Shown here: piece after piece, positions 1-12,672 of the stretch
How positions within the stretch are numbered: the first letter of the stretch is position 1
Layout: every line of letters begins with the position of its first letter
From: Microthyrium microscopicum
Taxonomy: Eukaryota
Length of the DNA stretch: 64,000 nucleotides
Assembly: GCA_010405405.1 (NCBI GenBank)
Contig: MU004232.1
Location: forward strand, 391,481-455,480
Reading direction: 5' to 3'
Position numbers and translations under genes: made by a program
The notes under the pieces: model-generated
What the model was told of the DNA's origin: nothing
Seen by the model: the letters and a program-made list of their open reading frames with translations, nothing else
Database searches by the model: none

Positions 1-293
1 TTAACAAGGGCTGGTGGAAGGGGAGGAGAGGGTACTTACGTATCGATGTAGTTGACGCCGATGATTTCAGCTTTGATGAGGAGTTGGCTGTCCGAAAGCT
101 TGGGCAGGGAGAGATCGGTTTTGTATTCAAGGACATCGGAGCCCCCAGTTTTGGAGAACGTCACGCCGCACATGGTGGATGGGAGGGACGCCATGTTGCG
201 GACGTATATAGGAAAGAGGCGCTTGGTGTATGGATGCGGCTTTGGAGTTGAAAATAAGGAGCGCAGAAGCGTTCTTGGAGCTTGACGAAGCAT
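1..293 (-). CDS. NADPH:quinone oxidoreductase / zeta-crystallin (MDR family), 5' part; gene continues beyond the window edge
   Basis: The N-terminus has the motif 'KTGGSDVLEY...P...QLLIKAEIIGVNYIDT', typical of Zta1/QOR. An intron donor (gtaagt) follows at about position 39. ATG 293 gives an Arg-rich presequence-like leader and a second ATG lies at 194. Confidence 0.85.
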
Positions 294-772
294 TTATCGT
301 TTGCCAGATGTATGTCTTTGCGCCGACCAGCCCTAGCTCTTATCTTGTAGCTGTGAAGCACTCTTGTATTAGTACTACTTAGCTATGTTGAGGTCGGAAT
401 CTACAATTGAGTTATGGCAACTTTACCGAGAACTTGTAGTACGTGGGCGTTGTTACTGTTAGAAATCCAATTGGTTACGCTGCGATTGTAACAAGCAGAA
501 TGCTCCAGATAGTTTCAAACCGCCAATTAAGAGTCGTCAAAACACAAAGACAGAATAATCGACTGGAGGAGAAGAGAGGGAGGGAGGTGTGATGCGAAGA
601 GCCCCGCTTGATGTGTATTCTTGAATTCGCAATTCGGGAATAATAGCTATGCCTATATCCGGCAGCACAGTAAATATCAGCCCCTGTTGATCGTCAACAA
701 ATCGCATTCTAATCTGCCCACACCAATATCCCAAATCCAGTCCGCATTGAAACCCCCGACTTGCTTCTGTTC

Positions 773-2254
773 CTAAGCAGCCAAATCAGGAACTCCCTCC
801 GGCCACCCACCAAACACCAACGCCTTCATTGGCAACCGTCCACTAATCGGACTAATAATCTTCAACCTCGACTTGCTCTCATCCACCTCGGCCACATATA
901 TATACCACAGCACACTCGAGGCCAGTATATTGTCTGTATTGTCTGTGGGATTCGCATGTGTGACTGCGAGCACGATATTTTGGAGCATAAGGGAGGGTGT
1001 TATGCGTTCTAGTTTGGCGGTTGATACTGGTGCTGGTTCGTAGTCGTCTTCGTCGTCGTCTTCGCTGTCATCCGATATCAGGTCTGTGGTGGATGGTTGT
1101 TGATCTTCGTTGATGCGAAATATAGTGATCTCATTGAATCCAACGAATTGTGTAAAGGGGCTTAGTGACATGCCGGGGTGGCCGAAGAAATATTGCCGTA
1201 TTTGGTTTTGGCGAAATTGCTTCATGTAGGCGTCTGTTCGGTCCACGCAGCCGCTGGACTTGTCGAGCTGGAGTACGTGGACTGGTTTCTCTTCAGGTAC
1301 ATTGTCTGGAAATTGTGCTTTTATATCGTTGTAAAGTGCTTCAGGCCCAATAGCAAGGACGATATCAACTAGTCAAATAGTTAGAACAATCATCGCTTTA
1401 AGGTATGGATAAAATATACCGGAGAAAACTGAAGCAACGCGCTTTATTAGTGCATGATCTCCAGCCAAAGACCCAGGAGTATCAATCAGACACCCCGAAG
1501 AACCAGCATCCCTATCCTCATCCAGCCTCGTCCCTACCGCCCAGCCTAACCGTCTAGTAAGCTGTTCATAGAGTCCAAGACTTCCACCGGCTTTCTGGCA
1601 CCCGTAGTGAAAAACCAGTGGCATCTTGACCGGCACCGCACTTGGGCCACTGATCGGACTACTACCCCAACCCTCTTCCATATCAACAACGGTAGCCATT
1701 GTTGTGGCTGTCAAGGCTCCTGGCATACTGAGCAGTCCCTGTGATGGATCTAAATTGACAACCACTGGCTGTCGGCCCATCTTTAGTGAGTATCCGGCAA
1801 GAATCTTGACCAAGCTTGTCTTGCCAGAGTTTTCGGGTCCCACAACCATGACGCGTGGTCCTTGGCCATGTCGTTGTTCCGCTGCAACGCGCAAATCTTC
1901 GAGTGCAAAGTGGATGTTTGCCGCTTGATTCATTGATGTGTCGCCTGTGCCATGCGCAGATTGTGGTGAGCCAGTGACTTCCAAAGCCGCTCCGTCCCAT
2001 GTGAATATAGCAGCTTTGGTTCCCGCAAAAGTGTAAGCTACTTGTGGCGCGAGCTCAGTACCAAATAACTCAGCGCTTCCCGATAAGAGTTTTATGGACA
2101 CGGGCGATGTGAATGACGCCTCAAAGCGATATTCTGTCTCTGGGCCTGAAGAATGTGTGCGGACAGAAAGTTCCACTGGCGACGCATCTTCGCCTTGGCC
2201 AGGATCAAATTCTGACAGACCTGGAGGACCACCTGAAAGTCCCGGGATAGACAT
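773..2254 (-). CDS. CLP1: mRNA cleavage/polyadenylation factor Clp1 (polynucleotide kinase fold), 2 exons
   Basis: Motifs: 'LLSGSAELFGTEL', P-loop 'GPENSGKTS', 'VNLDPSQG', 'IDTPG', and C-terminal 'QIRQYFFG...LSPF...ISPISGRLP'. One intron at about 1417-1370. Confidence 0.95.
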
Positions 2255-2302
2255 TCTGATCAGAGCAATTGAGGTCTCGGCCAAAGATATACTTGGTCAG
2301 GC

Positions 2303-3697
2303 CTAATACGATTGTCGTGAGATCAATCGCTGCCGTATTAGTCGTCGTGTGACTAGTCGTCGTGCGACTGGTCGTCCTGCGGCTAATCGTCGTGTGAGTG
2401 ATTGTGTGCCTAACCGTCGTGTATGTGCCTTCTTCGGACCGCACCTTCGTACAATTGCTCGATCGGCCGTTATTTCAAGACTTTCAGGCTTGGTGGCTCT
2501 GCCAACTGAGGATTGTCGTGAGATCAATCGCTGCCGTGTTAGTCGTCGTGTGACTAGTCGTTCTGCGACTGGTCGTCCTGCGGCTAATCGTCGTGTGACT
2601 ACTCGTCGTGTAGGTGCCTTCTTCGGACCGCACCTTCGTACAATTGCTCGATCGGCCGTTATTTCAAGAGTTTCAGGCTTCGTGGCTCCGCCAAGTGAGT
2701 GTCGTTCTGTTGCCACTTCCTGACTTTGAGATAAACCCTCTAAAGCGAAGTGTTGAGAAATGGGCTCTTGCTTAGGCAGAAAACCTGCTTTCAACGGAGA
2801 ACCTTCAGTTCGTGCTTTTGCTTTCAATGAGACGTTCTGAACTTTTGTGTCTACTGTTTCAGCAGCGACTCCAACCCAAGACCTCTCTTCGCGTGTAGCA
2901 TTCGTTTTGGGTACTTGTCCTGCCGATGAGAGCCTTGTTGTAAGCCTTAAAAAAGGATCCGAGTCGATTCCAGGAATGGTTTTGCGTATAGGCGACCTCT
3001 TGTTGACGAACAACGTAGATATTTTGAGAGGAAGACTTCTGTCTACTAAACGCGCTTGAAAAGAGCGCGTTGATGTAGAAAGATGCGTTAAGATCCTTAG
3101 CTCTTCCCTTACTGCGGGTACTTCAGATGCTGATAACGGTTCAACTGACAACCCACGCGAGACTATAGGCAATCCGGGAGATACAACGACTGTGCGTACT
3201 GGTGTAGCTGGACTAGAGAAATGCGGTTTGATCCGGAGTTTTTCCGGTGGCGTGGGTACTTTAAGTATTACCGGCACTTCTTCTGGGTTGGCATGGATTT
3301 GTGCAGGTTTTGCATCACCAGGTGAGAAGTTGCGGCCTTGGAGGCCGCCCTTGTCTGCCTTTGCAGAAAGCTCTTGCAATATATCTTGCGCTTTTTCAAG
3401 TGGATCTCTGTGCGGCTTCTGCGTCTTTGCGGTTATCTTACGGCCTGGCAACTGTACCTGCAGGCCGCTTTTGATTTCCTGGGCTTCTTGCAGCAGACGT
3501 TCTTCAGGCGTCAACTGATCTGGTGTATTTGTGCGACCAGTGTGTTTCTTCCGAAGAGCAGGCGAGGCGGTGGTGAAGGGTTTCGCTGGCGGTATGTGAA
3601 GGGAAAAACAGGGACGGGTCTTGTCTTGAACCAGAGGTGGTGAGGGAGGAATGTGGTTGATCCAGAGGCGGGATTTTAGCTTGCTAACATGGTGCAT
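2303..3697 (-). CDS. Orphan basic, low-complexity protein with C-terminal Arg-rich repeats; possible mitochondrial presequence
   Basis: The open frame is about 480 codons. From the first ATG (3697) it reads 'MHHVSKLKSRLW...PFTTASPALRKK'. No recognisable domain. Confidence 0.55.
   Translation of the reverse strand: MHHVSKLKSRLWINHIPPSPPLVQDKTRPCFSLHIPPAKPFTTASPALRKKHTGRTNTPDQLTPEERLLQEAQEIKSGLQVQLPGRKITAKTQKPHRDPLEKAQDILQELSAKADKGGLQGRNFSPGDAKPAQIHANPEEVPVILKVPTPPEKLRIKPHFSSPATPVRTVVVSPGLPIVSRGLSVEPLSASEVPAVREELRILTHLSTSTRSFQARLVDRSLPLKISTLFVNKRSPIRKTIPGIDSDPFLRLTTRLSSAGQVPKTNATREERSWVGVAAETVDTKVQNVSLKAKARTEGSPLKAGFLPKQEPISQHFALEGLSQSQEVATERHSLGGATKPETLEITADRAIVRRCGPKKAPTRRVVTRRLAAGRPVAERLVTRRLTRQRLISRQSSVGRATKPESLEITADRAIVRRCGPKKAHTRRLGTQSLTRRLAAGRPVARRLVTRRLIRQRLISRQSY
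2310..2700. repeat. Two ~190-200 bp direct repeats built from 15-nt subunits (encoding [TA]RRL[VAI])
   Basis: 'gattgtcgtgagatcaatcgctgccg' occurs at 2310 and 2511. 'gatcggccgttatttcaaga' occurs at 2461 and 2650. Confidence 0.9.
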
Positions 3698-4825
3698 TTG
3701 TGAGGGCGACACGGGATACCGGCATAATAGAGGGAGTTGGCTTGACACAGGAGATTGCTGTGATCCTTGAGCGGTTCTGTTCGGCTCTGAAAGTTGTTCA
3801 AAATTACTGTTTGAAGCTCACAAGCTCTTTGGGGTTGAGGTCGTCAGCACGATTGTACCTTCCGGTTCCGGTTTAGCGTGTCTTTTGCGGCTCTGCTGCT
3901 CCAACTTCATCTCATCTCTCAATCCTCCAGTTTGTTTACTGAGCTCCTTGGAAAGAGCAATTAAATAAGGATTTTTGACCCAATGGGCAGCGCTATAGAG
4001 CATCGACTACTCCTGCCGAAACTCCTTTCGCTCATGAATCGGAGATTCTGCGTTTGTCTTGCAAAGCATTTGATCAAAAGAAAAAGGAAGTCATAATAAT
4101 GAAGACTCAGTTGGAACTTTAATGAGTGGAAGAAGCTGATCTATTGTCAGTTATGCTGCTCTCAGAATCGACACAACATTTCATGATCGAGACTGACGAG
4201 CAATTAACCATGGAGCTTTACCGAATTCGAAGTATGTATCAAAATTGACCAATCGGGTTATTGAATTAGAGCATGATATATACCATTTTAGTTATGCTCT
4301 TGAGCTGTCCTGAGCTATGTAGAGATGTGAACAAAGAAAGGAAATGTGGTCGTGCCGAAAGCCACATGAAAATCACGACCCGCATGCTTGGTATTTATGC
4401 TGAAGCTACAGCAAGGAAATATGATCTAGAAGTATACTCTAACACCTCAGCTTGACTTTGGAGGCGCATTAGATTCCGGCTGATTCTTCCCTGGATCGAA
4501 AATCATGCACCTGCAATGAAGACCACTGCAACTGGATGATGAGAGAGTTGCATTTATTACAAAGATACCAATTGGATATGACAAAGGACTTTCGACACAA
4601 TATGCTTGTGTCGACCTATTGTAGCCATCGAACACGTTAATAAAATGTCCAACGCAGGGACACCAAGCGGACCACAGTGACTGCAATGAAGTTGCTCCAA
4701 ACTCCAACCTATTTAGCTTCCTCATATCGGGTCCAGATTCAGCTACATTCCTGTCATAGTACTTCCCAAGCTTCTTCTTAGATATCAAGACCTGTCATTA
4801 CAGAGCAAAGTATACCACAGAAGGC

Positions 4826-6472
4826 ATGGTTCATAGAAGTCTGACAGTCCCTGGTCCGATGCAAATCAGAATGATCAGGCCGTGGGACCGGACAGGCTGG
4901 ATCCGCTATACCCAGGGAAATGACATGATCGTGTTTACTGTCAAGAGGACACCGCCTGTGATTCCACCTGGACCCTCCGGTCCCTCTCCGCGCCGCTTTA
5001 GTGGCCCTCTGATCGTACACATCAACAGCGCTTTAACACCCAGAGCAATATCATATGCATTGGAAGTGTTTCCGGACGAATACCTTGTCATTGAGAACTT
5101 GACTCCCGCACTTCTCGCAGATGATGGCTCAGCCAGCTCGGCTCCGGCGCCAAATTTTGTGGTTGATAGAGATATCAGAAGGGCGATCAATACCACGGAC
5201 CGCCCAAATAGAGGCTTTGATCAGAACTTCGTATCAGAGAGTCGTAACCGCAATGGGCCTGAACACCACGTTTTGCAAATCACTAGTCCTAATCGAATGA
5301 ATTCTGTCACTCAGCAGACAAACTTTGTTCATGGTCAACAAAATCCGTCCACAGAACTAGGGCATGCAGAAAATAGTCGGCAGCCCATCGCGAACAATCA
5401 GCCTCAACCACAGTACCACCAGCAGCAGCCTGTAGGCCATCAACCAAGTTTCAGTTTTTCCAATGTTCCAGCACGTCCAGGTGTTATGGGACCTCCAGCT
5501 GGAGTTCCAGGACCATCATCCTATCATCAACAACGTGCAGGCCACACCCACCAATCCGTCGACACTCAGCCAAGTCCGGCTTTCCATCACCATCGGTTAC
5601 CGCGTACTGCTCCTACCGATGCAGCAGAGCACCAACCCCAAACTCGCCAGATGCCCCCTCCTGCTCCTCGACGCCTGGCTCATCCCCCTTCTCAGAGTCG
5701 TCCGCCTGCTATTGACAATGCAAGCGCCACTCCAGGCCCATCTATCTGGTATTCTAACCCTCTGATGCTACCTATGCCAGGAGATCCACTTGACCCCATC
5801 TATCCCGACCCCGAAAGGGAAAGGCAGCGCGTCAACCAGCTATTAAACCTTCCCCTTCCAAATGCTCCCGATGATGCCCAAGATTCCGTCGCCCATGCAC
5901 CAGCAGCTCTGGAAACGAACCCGGAAGACGATACCTGGGATGCGAATATGCAGCATCCCACGAGTCACGGTGAAGATAGACACTGGGATCCCGAACCGCC
6001 ACAAACCACACCAGACCAAAACGAAGCACAGGATCAATGGGACTGGGAAGCCCTGATGCCAGAACTACTTGCGGCGTGGGATCGAGAGGATCAAAATCCC
6101 GATCACCAGACACCGCCAGTAGATCCCTTGATCGAACGCTATCTTGCATTTGAGACCAGAGAGCTGGCTGCAGCGCGTGCTAGCAATCCATTTACCTGGG
6201 AAGATGAGGAAATAAGACGTAGTGACCTCGCGGCTCAGGCGAACGATGCGAATGTATCACAAGATTCCACACAGCATCATCCAACCCAGCAACATCCAAC
6301 CCAGCAAATTCCAACCCAGCAGCATTACCCTAGCGCTTCAGAAGCAAATCACTCACACGCACACAACTCCAACGCCGCCGCCGAGCGGAGTACTTTTACT
6401 CCCTACAATCCTTACAACGTCCCGAATGGTCAGGGCGATGATGAGAAGACTAGGGAGGAATCAGGGTTGTGA
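4826..6472 (+). CDS. Orphan P/Q/H-rich, largely disordered protein (548 aa)
   Basis: Long intronless ORF with an ATG start and a 15-nt tandem repeat (HPTQQ/IPTQQ) near the 3' end. Confidence 0.65.
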   Translation: MVHRSLTVPGPMQIRMIRPWDRTGWIRYTQGNDMIVFTVKRTPPVIPPGPSGPSPRRFSGPLIVHINSALTPRAISYALEVFPDEYLVIENLTPALLADDGSASSAPAPNFVVDRDIRRAINTTDRPNRGFDQNFVSESRNRNGPEHHVLQITSPNRMNSVTQQTNFVHGQQNPSTELGHAENSRQPIANNQPQPQYHQQQPVGHQPSFSFSNVPARPGVMGPPAGVPGPSSYHQQRAGHTHQSVDTQPSPAFHHHRLPRTAPTDAAEHQPQTRQMPPPAPRRLAHPPSQSRPPAIDNASATPGPSIWYSNPLMLPMPGDPLDPIYPDPERERQRVNQLLNLPLPNAPDDAQDSVAHAPAALETNPEDDTWDANMQHPTSHGEDRHWDPEPPQTTPDQNEAQDQWDWEALMPELLAAWDREDQNPDHQTPPVDPLIERYLAFETRELAAARASNPFTWEDEEIRRSDLAAQANDANVSQDSTQHHPTQQHPTQQIPTQQHYPSASEANHSHAHNSNAAAERSTFTPYNPYNVPNGQGDDEKTREESGL

Positions 6473-6859
6473 GTGGAATGGATCCACAGTGATCATCATG
6501 CTTCCTTGTACCAAGGTCTGTAGAAGGCCAGTTATGTAGCTGCCGTTTGAACCTGAGATATCTAGTATGTCAGAGTGTTGAAATCCATGATACCCAAATA
6601 TGTATGTTGCTTCAATAGAATAAAACGCATGTTCTGCAATTACTTTTTTTGTCTGCTTGCCGTGACACAAGATATGTTTTGTTAGTCACTGACGATGAAG
6701 TCATCTATTCCATACTCAATTGGATTAATGTTCGGACGCTTCCATTTCAATGCTATCAAAAATTTGCCTATCATGCAATGGGTATCAAGTCTATCTTTTC
6801 ATCACCCGCCATGCCATGCTATGCAACACCGTCTTCTTGCGTTCCTTACCACAATATCC

Positions 6860-9800
6860 CTACTCCATCTTACTCGCAGGAAACTCCTCTACCAACTTCA
6901 AACTGGTGCGAACATTCATGCTCCCCAACTCCTGAATCAACAACTTCGCCGCATATGGTAGCACCATCTTCCTAACCCCCGCCGAACTCTCACAAACCTG
7001 ACACCAACCACTGTACCCAATGAGCCCACACTCGGCACATACATCACAAGTATGCTGATCAGAGCTCAACATAAGTCTCTCTCTTAGTAGTTGACTAGCG
7101 CCATAAGCAATGAGACAATCACGCTCCATCTCGCCCAATCGTAAACCACCATCTCTTGCTCTTCCCTCAGTGGGTTGGCGGGTGAGAAGTGCAATGGGAC
7201 CAGTGGCGCGCGCATGCATCTTGTCCTGCACCATATGCTTGAGCTTCTGGTAATAAATAGGTCCAGTGAAGACATAGGACGGTATGACCTCGCCAGTGAT
7301 ACCGCAAGTAAGCATATCTTTGCCTTCATAATGGAAACCGTGCTTAATAAGCTCGCTTCCATAACCTTCTACAACGCTCTGAACGCCTGGATCTCGTGGT
7401 TTGAGGAACGCAGTACCATACTGCAACGCGCCAGTCATAACGCCACTCTTACCCGCAATAAGTTCCAGCATTTTGCCGACCGTCATTCGCGATGGAAAAC
7501 CATGCGGATTCATAATAATGTCTGGACAAACACCATTCTGGGAGAATGGCATGTCTGCTTGCTCAGCAATGAGGCCGACAACACCTTTCTGTCCGTGGCG
7601 GGACGAGAACTTGTCGCCGAGTTCGGGGCGACGGGTCTGGCGGGTGAGGATTTTGATGTTGGTTATGTCGGATTCGGAAGAGGTGAGGGCGACTTGGTCG
7701 ATGACTGCGCCGACTGGGAGTTTGTAGGAGGGATGGGCGTTTTTGTATTGGATCGTACGAGAGGCGCCCTCGGGTCGTAAGAGGGTTGATGGTGTGGTAT
7801 TTAGAGGAGTTTGCTTGAGGGCGTAGATATCACCCTTGGTGACCTTTTCACCTTTCATGATGAGGCCGTCCCAGTCTAGCTTCTTGTGCTGCTCTTTGGT
7901 CAAATCCAACAGGCCGGCGTTGATGATGTCGAGACTGCCATTGATGTTACGCGAGAGCGGGATATTGGTTTTTTTGAAGACTTGGCAACGACCAAATCCA
8001 CGATCGCAAGAAGCTTTGTTGAGAACCAGTGCATCCTCGATATCATATCCGGAATAGGACATAACAGCTACAGATGCGTTCTGGCCGGCTGGAAGCTTGT
8101 CGTATTGGATGAGTTCAATCGTGCGTGTTTTGACCAAGGGCTTCTGTGGATAAACCATCAGATATAGCAGACTATCCATACGGACTTGCTGATTGTAACC
8201 AATGGCACCTATAGCTTGCTTTCCCATGGCGCATTGATAAGTATTTCTTGGCGATTGGTTGTGATGTGGGAAGGGAATGAGACCTGCAACAGCTCCCAGA
8301 ATCGTGAATGGCTCAATTTCCAAATGCGTAGTGTGTGCTTGAATGTTAGTCTCATATAGTGCAATATTGGAATCGTTTTCTTCGTTGACGTCGAGATACT
8401 CCACAAGCCCTCGAGAGAGAAAGTCATCAAAATCCATCATGCCCTTTCTCATGGATTCTAGATGACGTTGTGTTACCCTGGACCGACATTTCTCAACGAT
8501 GATTAATGGCCGACAAACTCGACCTTCATCAGTAGCGATATGAACAGCAGCTTGATGATGGTTGATGTAAACACTAACAAACTCGGAAATGCGGCCCATC
8601 CGTCGAAACTTGCGGAAGCCGGTTAAGAATCTTTTGGGCTGCATGGTAGTCGCAATCGGAGTGCCGTTGATGAAAATGATGTACGCCCCATCGCGGTACA
8701 TTTCTACGCCAGTCGAACAGCTGATGTCCTCGGCACCGAGGATGAAAACAATCTTTCGAACAGGATCTTCATCGTCATCGGTTGTAATGTGGGTCATGAG
8801 AGCAAGATTCTTGACGAGACCACATTGTTCTCCTTCTGGTGTATCGGAAGGACACAACATTCCAAATTGTGAAGGCTGTAGTGCACGAGGTCCACTGACT
8901 TTTCGAGTCTTTTCGAACTGACTACTGATGCGAGTAAGCATACCAAGTGCGCTGACATAACTTAATCGGCTCAGGACATGGGAAATTCCAGCTCGTTCCA
9001 TCTTGAATCGCTTCACGCTCCAGCTGCCAGTTGCGATGGCACGATCCATACCGCTTGTGATATGGTTGGAATGTAATTTCAAGTGCTCATAGGCATCGAG
9101 CTCATTTGTTCTATTAGCTTTTTTCAGCACTTTGTCGACACGAGCTTTGAAGTCATTGTTGAATTTTTTGAAGAGATCCTCGAAGAGTAGAGAAAGCATC
9201 TGACCTGCAAGCTCTAGGCGCTTATTGCCTACGTAATCTCGATCGTCGACTAACTTTGGATCGTCAATCGCCATGAGAACTCGCTTAACCATGTAGGCAA
9301 TGTAAATAGCCTGGGATATTGTTAGCCTGAAGTCGCTACGTCCAATACTTTATGGAAGGAAAAAATAACCTTGGGTCGGAAATTCATGCCTTGAACAGGC
9401 ACGTGAGTAATGATGATTGAAGACAATGCTTCGATTGCTTCTTGCTGGTAGTTGCGTCCGTGGTATTGTCCAACAGGTCGGCGCATAATCTTGACGCGTG
9501 ATCCGATATACTCCAAAGCCTGCTGCTGAGTTTGAATATCGTCTTTCATGACTTCTTCAAAATTGATTAGAAATTGATCTTGGTAGACTTTGTCGGCTCC
9601 GGCAACCAGTTGTAAGATTTCTTGGTCAGACTGGATACCCATAGCTTTTAGCACGATGACAATTGGGACATCTTCTACCAGAATATTATGCTTCACAAAG
9701 ATACGATCTTTCTTGATTAGCACATAAGTCTTGGATTTTCGTTCGTGCGTAGAGCTGGAAGGCTGTTAGCATGGACATCAAGGCTCACTTGTTATATATG

Positions 9801-10616
9801 CACATACCTAGTCACAGAAGCTTGGGTAACGCCTTTGAAGGACTCGACGATGACTCGATTTTTGCTGAGCTGCTCTTGAACGAGAATGACTTTTTCTTGT
9901 CCTCGAACAATAAAATAGCCACCAGGGTCTACAGAACACTCGTTCATGCATGCTAACTCGCTTTCATTCTTGCCTTTGAGATGGCAATTGCGCGACCGAA
10001 GCATGATTGGCATTCTTCCGATCTGAATATCCTTGCGCTTAACAATTGTAGAACCTCGCCGATACTTGATATCGACCACAATGGGAGCTGCATATGTCAT
10101 ATCTCGAAGACGACATTCGTGTGGGGTGACTGTAGATCCACCATGTGGTTGAATCTCCTCATCGACTCTAGTAGGCCTCAAGACTCGAATATCAGTGTAT
10201 TCTAGCCAGAACTTTTGGTCAACATCACTGCAGACTTTCTGATTGGCTTTGACGATTTGCTTCAAATCGGTTTCGAGGAAGTAGTTGAACGAGTCAATGT
10301 GTTGCTTGATCAGGCCCTTGACTTTCAGAAATGCTGGTAGGAGATTCCATTTGTCTCGTGCGGTATCGATTTTCTCGGTAATGTGTTTTTGGTAGTAGAA
10401 GGGCTCGAGCATGGCATCGATGGCTTCGTCCCGATGACGAACCATCTTTTTAGGGATGTCAGCGAAAGAGCTTTGTTGGGCAGCGGGATCTTGCTCGTTG
10501 AGGATTATGGCAGGCGATGGGTCTACGACTTTCGTCTTGCGCGGCGCGGGCTTTTTGTGAACTTGAGGCTTCTCGACGATGCTGCTATCAGCGGGAGGTT
10601 TGGCAGGACGAGCCAT
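6860..10616 (-). CDS. RPC2: RNA polymerase III second-largest subunit, 3 exons
   Basis: Motifs: '[23 protein letters not shown]', '[12 protein letters not shown]', 'YYQKLKHMV', '[12 protein letters not shown]' and a C-terminal Zn ribbon. Introns at about 9808-9755 and 9369-9312. Confidence 0.97.
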
Positions 10617-12672
10617 GATGATTCGAGAGGAGGTCGAAAGACCAGCACAGAAGGAATGGTCAGAGTGCAAAGAACATTTGCAGCGGGATAATTTGTAAAA
10701 TGGTGGACAGGAAGAGTATCAAGGTTAGATCTGATCAAAAAATAAGAGCTCACAAGCTAGACTTTTGGCGGGGGAGCTAGGGTAGGTGAGCCATCTAATC
10801 ACCAGATAAGATTCACATCTCTGACAAGCGGTTTGACTGCATTGATGGCAGAATGGCGAGAATGGGTATCCTGTCTCTTTCAATTACCATGGACAGTATC
10901 AGCCTGTGAATTATGCTATGTTCTTGTAATCAGCCTGACAAGTACCGACATCGACACTCTGATGTCGATCGAAACAACACCTCCAAGATTAAGAACAGTC
11001 CGACCCTCCCTTAGCGCTTGCTCAGAAGGTTAATGAGGCCGCCCGTCAAATGAGATGGATACGATCAATAACTGATCAAAGCATAATAATCTTGAGAATC
11101 TTGGTTGATTTGAGACTTTGAGTGGAGTCCCCAATTTCCAGTGGCTTGTGTTGAGCGCCGTTGCGAAACACCCAAGCAGTTTTGAATCGCTGGTAGAAAT
11201 AATGAATGAAATGATAAACACTCTGCTACAGTAGACTGGAAATCTGATGCTCAAGCCTCAGCGTGGATTTTCAATGCCCCAGCAGCGCCGTCGGCTACAA
11301 ACCCTAGAACCTTCCGTATGATCAGTCAATCCTTACAACGCTTTCTAGTATTGCTTAAGAAGGACAACGGTTGCGCTGGCACACGGCATTGTTCTTGAGT
11401 TTTCAGCACCTGAGGTCCATGTTGATTTCCTGCCACACCATTTTCGTAGTGCATGGAGGCCTGCGATTCTGCGAGAGCCTTTTGACGCCCTTTGCGCTCC
11501 TTTCCTTTCTTCGCCTAGTGCTGCTTCAACCACGTCGCTTTCTGCCCGCTCCCGCTGTTCTGCTCTTGGTTCTGGCATCCAAGCATCCTGCATCTCGACT
11601 GTCTGCTGCAATTCAGACTACAGTGCAGAGTCACTGAAGCTGCTTGCAACTGGTCTAAAGTGCCGCCGCCGCACCTGTTCGCTTCCACCCGCTTGTTTGA
11701 GTATTCTCACATCTCAGATCCTTTCTTTTGCTACTACCCTCCTGCATTCGACATTCTACCATCTTGCCTTCCTCCTCCTCCGCATATACGACCTCAACTC
11801 CTATCGTATTATCGTCTCCAATTTGGGAGACACTCTCACCCTCCCTGGATCTCTACAACCTCATGCGTCTCCTCTCAGACCCTGATCCTGCTCGCTTTTA
11901 ATCAACAATCCCCACCTCCTCCCCTGTACCATACCATTCCATCCTCTTCGCATCCCGCATCTATTCTCTCTCCAATTGTGTCTTCGTCTTTTACCTCGCC
12001 GAACTGCCAGTAGCTACATCTTGCGACTTGTAGACTGTATATCAGACTCATCATATTCTTCATTTAGCATTGTCTGCTCTCGGCCAGTTGTCTTTGCCCA
12101 TACCGCTCGTTTTACCGCTGTGTTGGTTGGCGCTTCAGTTCTTCTCCACAACTTCCCGTTCCTGGTAAACTCTACCTCAGCAGCTCAGGTACCTGCATCA
12201 GCGCATTCAACCTTTGGCTACTTTATACTTTTCAAAGTTAAACTTGACGGTTTATCACTATTTCTCCGGATTGGATAGGCTAGCACTTTGCGGCGGTCTC
12301 AACTCAACCCCGTCGCTGCTTGGTTCCGTGCTTTGTGCGTCGGTGCTCGAGTTCGCCAACCCCTCTCAACGCAGCTTCGACGCACCAATCTAGCAACCTA
12401 CCAGCATCTCCCACCGCTCTTCGAATTTGGAGCACAACAACAAACGCCATCGTGTGAGCACTTGTGGTACCTTTGTTTTCTCTATCATGTGAGTATTTCC
12501 CTCTGCTTGCTCCTCTTGAATCTTGGTCCAGTCACTTCTTTACTCCACTTCCTCATCAATTTCAATTGAAACATGACGCAGCGCCTATAGGCAACGGCCT
12601 TTCATTCTTCATACAATTGTGCGAATATAGCTAATTTGAGGCATTATAGTGTAATTGTAGCTCCAGCACGCC

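Noticed and set aside
7084..8921. Antisense or alternate-frame ORFs of 100-220 aa here and inside FAD2, dcl1, TYW1 and the ankyrin gene
   Set aside because: Shadow ORFs of real CDSs with no independent features.
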